From NCBI GenBank assembly GCA_964585305.1, contig CAZPDM010000013.1, forward strand, positions 1 through 64,000: DNA of 64,000 nucleotides, read 5' to 3'. Shown piece by piece: positions 29,423 through 39,781 of this stretch (position 1 is its first letter; each line of letters starts with the position of its first letter). This DNA is from an uncultured Planctomycetota bacterium. Lineage in GTDB: Bacteria > Planctomycetota > Uabimicrobiia > Uabimicrobiales > JABWCH01. The notes below the pieces were generated by a model, which ran no database searches, was not told the origin of the DNA, and worked only from the letters and a program-made list of their open reading frames with translations. The position numbers and the translations under genes were made by a program.

Positions 29423-30829
29423 ATGCGCCAATTTTGGAATCGTATTTTAGCTCGAAAATCTCCAGTCTTTTGGAGTATGGTAACTTTTTTTGTTGGAATA
29501 ACTTTGTTTGTGATCATTCAATTAGGAAGGAATTATCTTCCCTGGTTGGCCCAAGAAATACTTCCTAGAATTCCTAACCTTAATAATAATATTGAAATTC
29601 GTTTGGAAGTTAAAAATCCTACCAATGTTTCTGTTCAATCTAAATTGGAAACTTTTAAAGTTGGGACATCTGTTTATCGTTTTCAGCCTAAATTAGAGGT
29701 TTTAGGTTTTGTAAAAGATATTCAAATTAAGTCCGATCATGTTTTATTTTTATTGAGCATTTCTGCAAAATATAAAGATGCTATATTATGTGATACTACG
29801 AAGTTTGAGCTTTTACAAAGCTCTCCTTCTATGATTATGATTTTTCAGCGTTTTTTTGAAGGGCCAAATGCTCAACAGTTTAAACAAGAAATGAAGCGAT
29901 TAGCAGAAAATAACCAAAGTAAGATCAGTATTATTTTTCTTAGATTAACACAAATTCTAGGAAGTAAAATAAAAAATGAGCAGCAAGCAAAAGCTATTTT
30001 GGAAGATCCGCAGCTAAAAGCCATGATTTACGAGCAATTTCGCGAACAAATTACTACAAAAATAGATTTACAAGAACTTTGGGATAAGCTGGAACAAAAT
30101 CCCCATGCAAAACACACTGTAGAAATTTTTCAAAAAAATATTGATTGGAAAAAAGTTAAATATCGAGCTATTGCTGGTGCTGGTTCACAAGCATTGGAAG
30201 ATGCTTCTACAGCATGGCTAGATCCTAAAATGGTTTTTGATGATCCAAATACAGCAGCAAAAGCATTGTTTTCTGTAATGAATTTTATTATTGATCCAAG
30301 TACAACAACTAAACGTGGAACAGATGCTTTGATTCCAGGGGCAACAAAAGCAGCTGTAAAAGCTACAGCAAAGGAGGCAGGAAAGATTGCTAAAGAAAAT
30401 TTCCCGGAAATTTTAGAAAGCGGAAGTGAAGCAGCAATCAATGTTTTAACAGAAACTCAAACACCACAAAAAATCTGGGAAGGATTATTGAATTTATCAA
30501 AAAATAAACAAATTCGAGAATATACTCAAAAACGTTATGGCTCTAAAGTAACAGAGGCTATCAGTCAAACTTTTATTGAAGCTTCCAATGATCCTCAGAT
30601 TGTTACAAATTTTAATACAATTGTATCTGATATACAAAATATAACAACAGGATGGTTAGAAAAATTTCTGTTGGACGAAACGCATAGCGGCCCAAATCCA
30701 TTACTTTTAGTAGCTATTCGAGAAGGTATTTCTCAAAAAATAGAATCGCAAATTGTTTGTTATCCTGGAGAAAATGGCCGTCGAGTATCATCGGAAAATA
30801 TTTTTGTTACAATCTTTCAAGATTTTTAG
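29423..30829 (+). CDS. Hypothetical membrane-anchored protein (N-terminal TM; possible MCE/MlaD-like periplasmic domain)
   Basis: The ATG at 29423 has an AAGGAGGA RBS. One N-terminal TM helix (VFWSMVTFFVGITLFVIIQ). The downstream segment loosely fits an MCE beta-barrel pattern (inference only). 13-bp gap to the next gene. Confidence 0.4.
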   Translation: MRQFWNRILARKSPVFWSMVTFFVGITLFVIIQLGRNYLPWLAQEILPRIPNLNNNIEIRLEVKNPTNVSVQSKLETFKVGTSVYRFQPKLEVLGFVKDIQIKSDHVLFLLSISAKYKDAILCDTTKFELLQSSPSMIMIFQRFFEGPNAQQFKQEMKRLAENNQSKISIIFLRLTQILGSKIKNEQQAKAILEDPQLKAMIYEQFREQITTKIDLQELWDKLEQNPHAKHTVEIFQKNIDWKKVKYRAIAGAGSQALEDASTAWLDPKMVFDDPNTAAKALFSVMNFIIDPSTTTKRGTDALIPGATKAAVKATAKEAGKIAKENFPEILESGSEAAINVLTETQTPQKIWEGLLNLSKNKQIREYTQKRYGSKVTEAISQTFIEASNDPQIVTNFNTIVSDIQNITTGWLEKFLLDETHSGPNPLLLVAIREGISQKIESQIVCYPGENGRRVSSENIFVTIFQDF

Positions 30830-30841
30830 GAAGCAGCAATT

Positions 30842-32704
30842 ATGACAAATTCGCAAAACAATATAGAGAATAAAAACTCTCCAATATTGGATATTCAGGG
30901 AATTAGTATACAAACAGTAAAACCAACTGTGTTTGGTATTACAAAGAAAAAATCTAAAGAAAAAGATAAAATCGCAGCAAGTACAAATATAAAGGATATT
31001 GTAAAATCAGAGGTCAGTATTGAGCCTTTATTATGCAATTTAGAATTGAGTGCGTATCCCGGAGAGATTGTCCTTTTATTAGGTGCAAGTGGTACAGGAA
31101 AGTCTCTTCTTGCTAATCTTATTTTAGGATTTGTCTCCAGCGTTGATAAAGGAATTGTTATTAAATCTGATCATAGTAAAGCCCATTTTTCTGTAAAACT
31201 AGAGCAAAGTCCTACAGAATATAATCTTTTAAATCCTATATATCCTACAGATTTAGAAGGAAAAATTGGAGTCATGTTTCAATCTCTAGGACTTTTTGAT
31301 GATCTTACAGTAGGCGAAAATTGGGAGATTGCAAACGATCAATCACAACTCCCTCTTGCTGGGACAGAATGGAACGATTGGAAACGTGAAACTTTAAAGT
31401 CTTTGGGGTTAGACGATAGTGTTTTACAATCTAATATTCATAAACTTTCCGGGGGACAGAAGCAGCGTGTTGCATTTGGTCGTCTTTTGGCTTTTCAACC
31501 AGATATTATGATATTAGACGAGCCTACCAGTGCATTAGATATTTCTACTGCACAACAAGTTGTTGGAATGATCCAAAAAACTCATAAAAAGAAAATTTTG
31601 GAAAATAAAAAATGCCTGACTTTAATCATTACTCATGATTATGAAAATTTTATTCAAATTGCCGATCGAGTTTGGTACATATCTCCAGGAGGAATCATTC
31701 AAAAGGAAGATGGAACGACAGAAAAACGCACTGGTGGGCATGTTGAAAATCATTTTCCTCCCAAAAGTAAAACTTATTATGAAAAAGATCTTTGTACTAA
31801 ACGATATCCTGATGAACCATCAGATTATTCTCAAGAAGAATGGCTACGACATGAAGCACGTTGCCAAGATATAGCCTACAATACATTATTTCTGAGGTTT
31901 TTTCAAAGTTTAATCCGCGCCATGCGTCCTAAAAACTATCGTTGGTGGCGTAAATTTTTTGGTATTATGTGGAAATTGTTAGTAATGCGTGCGTTACTTT
32001 ATATCTTGGTGACAGGTTTTTTCTTAGGATTAGTTTGTACATATTTTTCTCTTAATCTGAATCTGGGTTCTGTCCAATTAGCAAGTGGAACAAAAGTAAA
32101 GGTCGAGCAATTTATTTTGCCAACTTTTTTCCGCGAAATGTTAAGCGGATTTGGGATTGTTATGTTTCGCGCACTTATTCCTTTGTTTACTTGTATTTTT
32201 ATTGCCGCTCGATCTGGAACTGCAATTACTTCTTATTTATCTTCTATGAGAGATAACGAACGAAGACAATGGGATTCTTTGCAAAACTTAGGTATTGAAC
32301 CGCATCTTTTTTTCTTTCCTCAAATTGTAATATGCTTTGTATTAGGATGTTGGATATTATCGTATCTTTCTTTTTTATGTGCTGCATTAGGCTCTCTTTT
32401 AGTGGCTCTAGCTACAAATCCTCTTTGTACCTGGTATACATGGATGGACACATTTTGGAAATATCTTTATCCCCAACCACTATTTGATGTAATAAGCTTT
32501 ATTCCTATTTTTGCAGGCTTTGGTATGTTTACTTTAAAAACAATGGTTGTTGGCTTTGCTATTGCCTGCATCTCTTTCTCCTGGGGAGTAAAATTAAGAA
32601 AAAATACATTGGAAACTATCCACCATCTTATGGGAGCTAATATTTGCAATATGGTTGCAATTTTGTTGGTTTTCTTTATCTTGTTAATTATAGAATTAGG
32701 ATAG
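30842..32704 (+). CDS. ABC transporter ATP-binding domain fused to an MlaE-like permease domain
   Basis: Walker A GASGTGKS, signature LSGGQKQRVAFGRLLA, Walker B IMILDEPTSALD, H-loop ITHD. The C-terminal roughly 250 aa has about 5 TM helices and MlaE/YrbE-like segments (FIAARSGTAITSYLSSMR; LQNLGIEPHLFFFPQIV). Confidence 0.65.
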   Translation: MTNSQNNIENKNSPILDIQGISIQTVKPTVFGITKKKSKEKDKIAASTNIKDIVKSEVSIEPLLCNLELSAYPGEIVLLLGASGTGKSLLANLILGFVSSVDKGIVIKSDHSKAHFSVKLEQSPTEYNLLNPIYPTDLEGKIGVMFQSLGLFDDLTVGENWEIANDQSQLPLAGTEWNDWKRETLKSLGLDDSVLQSNIHKLSGGQKQRVAFGRLLAFQPDIMILDEPTSALDISTAQQVVGMIQKTHKKKILENKKCLTLIITHDYENFIQIADRVWYISPGGIIQKEDGTTEKRTGGHVENHFPPKSKTYYEKDLCTKRYPDEPSDYSQEEWLRHEARCQDIAYNTLFLRFFQSLIRAMRPKNYRWWRKFFGIMWKLLVMRALLYILVTGFFLGLVCTYFSLNLNLGSVQLASGTKVKVEQFILPTFFREMLSGFGIVMFRALIPLFTCIFIAARSGTAITSYLSSMRDNERRQWDSLQNLGIEPHLFFFPQIVICFVLGCWILSYLSFLCAALGSLLVALATNPLCTWYTWMDTFWKYLYPQPLFDVISFIPIFAGFGMFTLKTMVVGFAIACISFSWGVKLRKNTLETIHHLMGANICNMVAILLVFFILLIIELG

Positions 32705-32713
32705 GTTAAAACC

Positions 32714-35293
32714 ATGCGACAAATTTTTTATCAAATATTACTTCTGGTTTTATTTTTCTTATTTTTCTTTATAGCTATTATCTTTGGAATTTCTGAAAAA
32801 ATGGTACTTTCTTTTATATCTTGTATTTGTTTTCTTTTTACAATATATCTACTAAAGATTGTTGCCCAAGCCAAAAAGAAATGTCAGCAAAATATTTTGG
32901 AAATTGCTGTTTTAGGCCCATCAGGAGCCGGGAAAACAACATTTTCTGCAACCTTAATCCAACAATTAGTAAGTGGTTTTCCAGAAGGCCAATCTGCTGG
33001 ACTATGCAAAGGAGTTGGATATTTAGATGATAACATTGAACGTGATTTACGAAAACTAGCAATATCTAAAAAAGATAGTGAAGGTTTTCTTCCCCTCCAG
33101 CGATTAACTTACGAAATGGCATCCACAGAATTAAAAAATTATTCTCAAGGAAAGCTAAATCCTACCCACGAACCAGAATGTCTATATTTGAAATTGTTGC
33201 ATGGCAATACTTGGTATCGTCTGGAATGGTATGATATACCCGGAAGTTATTTTGAAGAAGAAAATAAAGATTTTAGCTATATTAAAGATATATTACGACG
33301 TTGTCATGGCGTAATATTTTTAATAGATTCTACAAAATTACTAGATAATTCGTTTTCAAAAACAGAACTATCTATTTTTCTAAAAAATTATTTTACAGCA
33401 TTTGCTTTACGAATGTTTTCTGGAACAGTTGTTGGAAAATTTCCGCTTTGGATAGCCTTTACTAAAGGCGATTCTGTTTTGCAATCTCCCAATTATGAAG
33501 ATGAATTGACTCGCCAAACTTCCCAGATTATTATTCCTGCTAAACAACATGATGAACGATTAGAATTATTAGTAAGTACAATTTCAGCAAATGTTCAGGC
33601 GGAGCGTTTATATTTTAATATTCCATATTTTATGGGAAAGTTTTGCGAAAGTCTTTGGAATCAAATTACTGTCCGGCAAAAAGGATTTGCTATTTTAAAA
33701 AGATGGTTAATTTTTTGGTGTTTAATGTTGCTGTACTGTTCTTTAGAGACTACAGCATATTGGCATTTTTCAGAATTAACAAGGGTACAAGAAGCTGATA
33801 ACTTAACCATATCCTCTGCAATTGAGATATTAAACAGTCTATGTGAAAATCATAAAGGGGTAGGATTGCCTTCTTTTTATGTCTATCGAAAATCAGAACT
33901 ATTAGCTAAAGCAGAAATGGTACAATTTATGCTTTCTCGTTTACTTACAGAAAAAATGGAAACTATAGTTATTTCACAATCTCAATATCATGCTGATTTG
34001 CGGTTAATCCTAGATGCTATCTTTGCTTTAGAAAAAAGCATCAAAATTTTAAAAATGTCTCCAAAAGATTTTCAATATCAAAAACATTTTGCTGAATATT
34101 TAACCTCCTGGGATAAACATATACAAAATGGTTCTTCCTTAGTGAAAAAACTTGAGTTTAGTCAAAAAATTCCACAAACTCAATTTCAGTTAAAACAAGC
34201 TATTTTATCGGAAACTAAGATCGAATTGCAAAAAGAACTGGATCAATCTCAAAGCCTTGCTGATACTTATATTGGCGAACAGTATTACAACGATCGTCTT
34301 TTACCTTTAATCCAATGGTATAAAAATTATGGTGGAGTATTTACTGATTTAGATAATCTATGCAATAAATATCAAAATGAACATTGGGATTATTGTTGGC
34401 AAAGATTTTCTAAAGAACTCATGGAAAACTCAACCATTACTTTAGAACAGCAGGCGGAAAAGTTATATACATTTTTTCTTGCACAGCCTAAAGAAGATAG
34501 AAAAACACAACATCTTGGCCAATGTCCAGCTGCTATTTATTTAAGCTGGCAAAAAAAAGTTATACCTGTTTTACAAAAACTCGATATTACTCTAGCAAAA
34601 CATTTTTTATTATATGAACGCCTTCAAGAACAATTAGAACCTTCTATTAAGTCAGAAATAACTGGATTCCAATTTGATAAAACCATGAGGAATCTATCGC
34701 GAAAACTCTTGGATACTACATTTGATAACAAAAATGTAACTTTAGAAGAAATGGAAAAATCCCTTCAAAAATTTCAAACTGAATTTGCCCAATATCGCCC
34801 GGAAATGGCCAAAATTTGGCAAGAACGTTGTGCGTATTTTCGTAACCCACCAAGTTATGAAATTGACATTACTTTTCAAGAATATGGAACAAATGCAAAA
34901 AATAAAACAAAACGCTGGGATACTGGAATCTTAGATAAATGGTATCTTTATACAAAATTTTCTTCAGAAGAAAAACAAACGGTGTTATTTCTTGACTTAA
35001 GTCAAGGCGGTAATTTCCAAGGAAGTATCGAGCGAAAAATTTATTGGAAACCTTGGACAAAGATAACTATATCCTGGCTGGAAGCTGATGATGATGTAGA
35101 TGTTATTTTACGTGATGATATTATCTTATATAGTAAAGAATTCCGAAATTGCCTATCTTTACTTGATGCTCGTACTATCCATCAAATTCTTGAAAACCAA
35201 AATCAGGAAGAATATTGGATCAAATTTGATGTTAAAAAAATTGACGAAATTATTCCGGCTTGGTTGCTTGAAATATATTTACATCAAAATTAA
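32714..35293 (+). CDS. Membrane-anchored P-loop GTPase-like protein with a large uncharacterised C-terminal region (859 aa)
   Basis: Two N-terminal TM helices, then G1 GPSGAGKT, G3 WYDIPG (DxxG), G4 FTKGD ([NT]KxD). A further TM segment near aa 330. About 500 aa with no recognisable motif. Confidence 0.45.
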   Translation: MRQIFYQILLLVLFFLFFFIAIIFGISEKMVLSFISCICFLFTIYLLKIVAQAKKKCQQNILEIAVLGPSGAGKTTFSATLIQQLVSGFPEGQSAGLCKGVGYLDDNIERDLRKLAISKKDSEGFLPLQRLTYEMASTELKNYSQGKLNPTHEPECLYLKLLHGNTWYRLEWYDIPGSYFEEENKDFSYIKDILRRCHGVIFLIDSTKLLDNSFSKTELSIFLKNYFTAFALRMFSGTVVGKFPLWIAFTKGDSVLQSPNYEDELTRQTSQIIIPAKQHDERLELLVSTISANVQAERLYFNIPYFMGKFCESLWNQITVRQKGFAILKRWLIFWCLMLLYCSLETTAYWHFSELTRVQEADNLTISSAIEILNSLCENHKGVGLPSFYVYRKSELLAKAEMVQFMLSRLLTEKMETIVISQSQYHADLRLILDAIFALEKSIKILKMSPKDFQYQKHFAEYLTSWDKHIQNGSSLVKKLEFSQKIPQTQFQLKQAILSETKIELQKELDQSQSLADTYIGEQYYNDRLLPLIQWYKNYGGVFTDLDNLCNKYQNEHWDYCWQRFSKELMENSTITLEQQAEKLYTFFLAQPKEDRKTQHLGQCPAAIYLSWQKKVIPVLQKLDITLAKHFLLYERLQEQLEPSIKSEITGFQFDKTMRNLSRKLLDTTFDNKNVTLEEMEKSLQKFQTEFAQYRPEMAKIWQERCAYFRNPPSYEIDITFQEYGTNAKNKTKRWDTGILDKWYLYTKFSSEEKQTVLFLDLSQGGNFQGSIERKIYWKPWTKITISWLEADDDVDVILRDDIILYSKEFRNCLSLLDARTIHQILENQNQEEYWIKFDVKKIDEIIPAWLLEIYLHQN

Positions 35294-35492
35294 GAAATAT
35301 TTTATCTAAAAGACATGCGCTTCGCTATAAATGAAGAATTGGCGACTTTTCTCACTTTTTTAATACTTTTAACACTATTTAACATAAATTAGTAAGTTTT
35401 TTTCTTGTTTCCTTATAATAAATTGCTAATATTTAAGGTTAGATATTTTATTTAATATTTAGAAGGGTTTTTCCTTTTCAAGGAATATTTTT

Positions 35493-36821
35493 ATGCAACT
35501 TAAGCCACAGTTGAATTTTTTTCAAATTCTCAATATGAGTTTTGGATTTTTAGGAATTCAAATTGGTTTAGCATTACAAAATGCTAATGCCAGCCGCATT
35601 TTTCAAACCTTAGGTGCGGATATTGACAAAATTCCTCTTTTGTGGATTGCTGCGCCTGTTACGGGTTTGTTGGTTCAACCAATTGTAGGATATATGAGTG
35701 ATAGGACATGGTGTTCCTTAGGAAGAAGACGTCCATACTTTTTAATTGGTGCAATTCTCTCTTCTCTAGCATTATTTATTATGCCCAATTCTCCTATGCT
35801 TTGGATTGCAGCAAGCATGTTGTGGATACTAGATGCTTCAATCAATATATCTATGGAACCATTCCGAGCATTAGTTGCTGATATACTTCCTCCAGAGCAA
35901 CGAAATGTAGGCTTTTGTGTTCAAAGTTTTCTTATTGGCATAGGGTCTGTTGCGGCGTCTTGTTTGCCTTATATTTTAACCAATTGGTTTGGGCTTTCAA
36001 ATACTGCTCCAAAAGGAGAAATTCCGATTACAATTCATTATGCTTTTTATATTGGAGCAATATGTTTTTTTAGTGCGGTAGCCTATACAGTATTTACAAC
36101 TAAAGAGTATCCTCCTGAAAACCTCGAGGAATTTGAAAAACATAAAAAAGAAAGTGCAGGCTTCTTTAAAGGGGTTAAAGATATTGGACTTTCTTTAAAA
36201 AATATGCCGAAAACTATGAAACAGCTGGCTGTTGTCCAATTTTTCTCATGGTTTGCTCTTTTTAGCATGTGGATATATAGCACTCCTGCTGTTGCAGAAT
36301 ATTTTTACCATACCACAGATCCTAAATCAAAAGCATATAATGACAGTGGAGATTGGGTTGGTGTTTTATTTGCGGCTTATAATGCAGTGGCAGCTATTGT
36401 TGCAATATTTTTGCCAATTTTAGCTAATAAACTAGGACGTCGGAATGTTCATTCTATCAGCCTTATTCTAGGAAGTCTTGGATTTGCCTCTTTTTATTTA
36501 ATTCCAGATCCTAAATTATTACTCATTGCTGAAATTGGTATTGGCTTTGCCTGGTGTTCTATTTTGGCAATGCCTTATGCAATTCTCTCTAGCTCTATCC
36601 CCCCTGAAAAAATGGGCGTTTATATGGGAATATTCAACTTTTTCATTACTATTCCACAAATTATTTCCGCAGGTATTATAGGCCTTCTAGTAAAATATTG
36701 CTTTGGCGGCAAACCAATTTACGCTTTACTTGCTGCTGCAATCTCTTTTGCTCTTGCTGCGATTTTTGTGCAATATGTTGATGATAAAGATGATAAACCT
36801 TCAACATTAGGCAGAAAATAA
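35493..36821 (+). CDS. GPH/SLC45-like sugar:cation symporter (MFS superfamily)
   Basis: 12 TM helices. GRRRPYFL motif after TM2, as in sucrose/glycoside symporters. Confidence 0.6.
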   Translation: MQLKPQLNFFQILNMSFGFLGIQIGLALQNANASRIFQTLGADIDKIPLLWIAAPVTGLLVQPIVGYMSDRTWCSLGRRRPYFLIGAILSSLALFIMPNSPMLWIAASMLWILDASINISMEPFRALVADILPPEQRNVGFCVQSFLIGIGSVAASCLPYILTNWFGLSNTAPKGEIPITIHYAFYIGAICFFSAVAYTVFTTKEYPPENLEEFEKHKKESAGFFKGVKDIGLSLKNMPKTMKQLAVVQFFSWFALFSMWIYSTPAVAEYFYHTTDPKSKAYNDSGDWVGVLFAAYNAVAAIVAIFLPILANKLGRRNVHSISLILGSLGFASFYLIPDPKLLLIAEIGIGFAWCSILAMPYAILSSSIPPEKMGVYMGIFNFFITIPQIISAGIIGLLVKYCFGGKPIYALLAAAISFALAAIFVQYVDDKDDKPSTLGRK

Positions 36822-36927
36822 TCAAAACTTAGTTTTATAGGTAACATTTGCAAGTTTAGATAAATCTATTGCTCTTCTCCTATAAAAGATGTGGTTTCAC
36901 TCTTAATTTTCTACAAAATGCAAATTT

Positions 36928-38499
36928 ATGAATACTTCTCATTATGTAAAATCTGCCGGAATCGTAGGATTGAGTACCTTTGCTTCTCGATTATTAGGCC
37001 TAATCCGTGATATGGCACTGGCTGCAGTTTTTGGTGCAAGCTGGGTACTCGATGCTTTTTTATTAGCATTTACGGTTCCTAATTTATTCCGCCAATTTTT
37101 TGGTGAAGGTGCCGTATCCTCAGCTTTTCTGCCGGTGTTTACCGAAGTTAATCAAAAACAAGGTAAAGAAAAGGCTTGGCAATTAGCTAGTAACACAATG
37201 ACATTACTTTGTTTAGTTCTATTTATTTTAACTATTATTGGTATGTTATTGTGCTGGGGATTGGTAAGTATTCCTGGATTGTCAGAAAAAAATCAATTAG
37301 CTTTGGAATTGACAATATTGTTGATGCCATATTTAATGTTTATCTGTATCGCAGCATTCTTAGGAGCGATTTTGAATTCTTTGCAGCATTTTCTTACTCC
37401 TGCCCTTTCTCCAATTGTACTAAATATTTTTTGGATTGCTGGTATTTATTGGGTTTCTCCTTGTTTTGGGCATGAACAAATACATTGGGCGTATGGGATG
37501 TCCATTGCTATTTTAGTTTCTGGAATATTTCAAATCATATTGCAATATCCAGCTTTAAAAATTTGCAATGCTCAGTTGCGTCCAAGTTGGCAATTTCATG
37601 ATGTTGCAATGTCAAAAATTTTTTTACGACTTGGTCCAATTATTCTAGGAGCTGCTGCAGTTCAGATCAACGTTGTTGCAGATCGCCTTGTTGCTTGGTT
37701 TATGATTCCAGGTGATGGGGGGTTAACGATTTTGTATATGGCCAATCGTTTGATGCAATTTCCACTTGCTATTATTGGAATATCTATTGCAACTGTAGCA
37801 TTTCCCTTGTTTAGTCATTTTGTGGCTACAGATTCATGGATAGAATTTAAAAAAGCTGTACCAAAAGCATTGCAAATCTCTTTTTTAATTGCAGTTCCTG
37901 CATCTATTGGGCTTATTTTATTATCTCCTCCAATTATTAGGTTGATATACCAACGAGCACAATTCGATAGTTCTGCTGCTCTAAGGACAGGATATGTTCT
38001 TATGGCATATTCTTCCGGGTTATGGCTTTTTGTCTTAATGCAGATTATCTTACGCGGTTTTTATGCACTAGGTGATACAAAAACACCCATGTATGTTTCT
38101 TTAGCAGCAGTAGTAAATAATCTAGTTTGGAATATTATACTTGTAAGATATTGGCATGAAACAGGCCTAGCTATATCTACATCGGTTAATGCATTACTTC
38201 AAGTAAGCATTTTGCTATATTTTTTACAAAGAAAAATCCCATTAGATTGGACAGGAACAAAATCTGTCATAATAAAATGTATTATTGCAACTACAATTAT
38301 GGCCGCCTCAGTTTTAGGTTGTTTATATATTATTCAATTATATAGTGAAAATATTTCAATAAGTTTGAAACGATTCTTGATTGTTTTTGGCCCAATTTTT
38401 GTTGGAATTTCAATATATTTTGCTATAGGAAAAATACTTAATATTTCTGAATTTAATTATATTTTGCAAAAAATGCAAAAAAAAATATTAAAAAAATAA
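36928..38499 (+). CDS. murJ: Lipid II flippase MurJ
   Basis: N-terminal SAGIVGLSTFASRLLGLIRDMALAAVFGAS is the MurJ/MviN signature. 14 TM helices, 523 aa. Confidence 0.85.
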   Translation: MNTSHYVKSAGIVGLSTFASRLLGLIRDMALAAVFGASWVLDAFLLAFTVPNLFRQFFGEGAVSSAFLPVFTEVNQKQGKEKAWQLASNTMTLLCLVLFILTIIGMLLCWGLVSIPGLSEKNQLALELTILLMPYLMFICIAAFLGAILNSLQHFLTPALSPIVLNIFWIAGIYWVSPCFGHEQIHWAYGMSIAILVSGIFQIILQYPALKICNAQLRPSWQFHDVAMSKIFLRLGPIILGAAAVQINVVADRLVAWFMIPGDGGLTILYMANRLMQFPLAIIGISIATVAFPLFSHFVATDSWIEFKKAVPKALQISFLIAVPASIGLILLSPPIIRLIYQRAQFDSSAALRTGYVLMAYSSGLWLFVLMQIILRGFYALGDTKTPMYVSLAAVVNNLVWNIILVRYWHETGLAISTSVNALLQVSILLYFLQRKIPLDWTGTKSVIIKCIIATTIMAASVLGCLYIIQLYSENISISLKRFLIVFGPIFVGISIYFAIGKILNISEFNYILQKMQKKILKK

Positions 38500-38546
38500 T
38501 AGACAAATTCTTATTTTTTTTATATCTTAGAGAGGATGCCGCGAAC

Positions 38547-39713
38547 GTGTTCAATATTACATTAAAATATCTTCAAGAACAATTTCAAAATTATTATCAA
38601 CATCTTCCTGACATTATTGTTCGCGCGCCTGGACGAGTTAATTTAATTGGCGAGCATACCGATTATAACCAAGGATTTGTTTTGCCATTGGCTATCAATT
38701 ACTATGTTTGGATAGCTGCATCTTATAAACCTGCCGCATCTGTTCAAATTTATTCGTTGGATTTTAATGAGTTAAAATCGTTCCCATTAGATCAATCTTT
38801 AGAATTGCCTGATGAAGAAAAACGTTCTGCCCTTTCCTGGAGTGGATATATCGCTGGAAGTGTCTGGGCAATGAAACAACATGGATATAATATTCCCGGT
38901 TCATTTATGATGATAAAAGGGAATGTTCCAATAGGGGCAGGACTTTCATCGTCAGCGGCTGTAGAAGTAGCAACAACTCGCACATTTTGTAGATTAACAA
39001 ATACGTCTTGGGATGCGAAAAAAATGGCTCAAATTTCCCAACAAGCAGAAAATCAATGGATGAAAGTTAATTGTGGTATTATGGATCAAATGATCAGTGC
39101 TTGTGGAAGAGAAGCTCATACTTTACTTATTGATTGCCAAAATTTATCTACACACCATTTTCCTTTACCTAAAAACATTGCCATTATTGTAATGGATACT
39201 ATGACTCGCAGAGAGCTAAAAGAATCAAATTATAATAATCGTCGTCAGGAATGCGAACAAGCTGCTCGGATATTAGGTATTGCTTCTTTAAGAGACATTT
39301 CTCTTTCAGATTTTTATAAACATTCTAATAAACTTTCGGGAAATTTACTTCTACGAGCCAGGCATGTTATCAGCGAAAACCAGCGGGTTTTAGATGCCGT
39401 TGAAGCGATGGAAAAGAATGATTGTTCCCAACTAGGAAATCTTTTAAATGCAAGCCATGATAGTTTGCGCGATGATTTTCAAGTATGCAACAAAGCTCTC
39501 GATGTTATTGTACAAATCGCTCGGAAACAAAATGGATGCTATGGTTCGAGAATGACTGGGGCCGGTTTTGGCGGTTGTGCAATAGGATTGGTTGATAAAA
39601 CAAAAATTGAATCATTTATTCACAATGTTACATATAAATATCAAGAAATAATTGGAATTGTTCCCAATATTTATACTTGCTATGCTACAAATGGCGCGGA
39701 AGTTTTAACCTAG
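38547..39713 (+). CDS. galK: Galactokinase (GHMP kinase)
   Basis: PGRVNLIGEHTDYNQGFVLP is the galactokinase signature. GHMP motif PIGAGLSSSAA. Confidence 0.9.
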   Translation: MFNITLKYLQEQFQNYYQHLPDIIVRAPGRVNLIGEHTDYNQGFVLPLAINYYVWIAASYKPAASVQIYSLDFNELKSFPLDQSLELPDEEKRSALSWSGYIAGSVWAMKQHGYNIPGSFMMIKGNVPIGAGLSSSAAVEVATTRTFCRLTNTSWDAKKMAQISQQAENQWMKVNCGIMDQMISACGREAHTLLIDCQNLSTHHFPLPKNIAIIVMDTMTRRELKESNYNNRRQECEQAARILGIASLRDISLSDFYKHSNKLSGNLLLRARHVISENQRVLDAVEAMEKNDCSQLGNLLNASHDSLRDDFQVCNKALDVIVQIARKQNGCYGSRMTGAGFGGCAIGLVDKTKIESFIHNVTYKYQEIIGIVPNIYTCYATNGAEVLT

Positions 39714-39781
39714 TTTTTCTTTGACATACTTGGAAAGTCTAAGTCAGAGAAAAATATTTCATCAAAAAGGAACGATGCAAT

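Noticed and set aside
30842-35293. Interpreting the ABC/GTPase operon as a toxin-antitoxin or known defence system (e.g. a Septu/Gabija-like ATPase pair)
   Set aside because: The ATPase is a transport-type ABC NBD fused to a permease, not an OLD/SMC-type ATPase. I see no nuclease motifs, so I leave it as an unusual transporter-associated operon.
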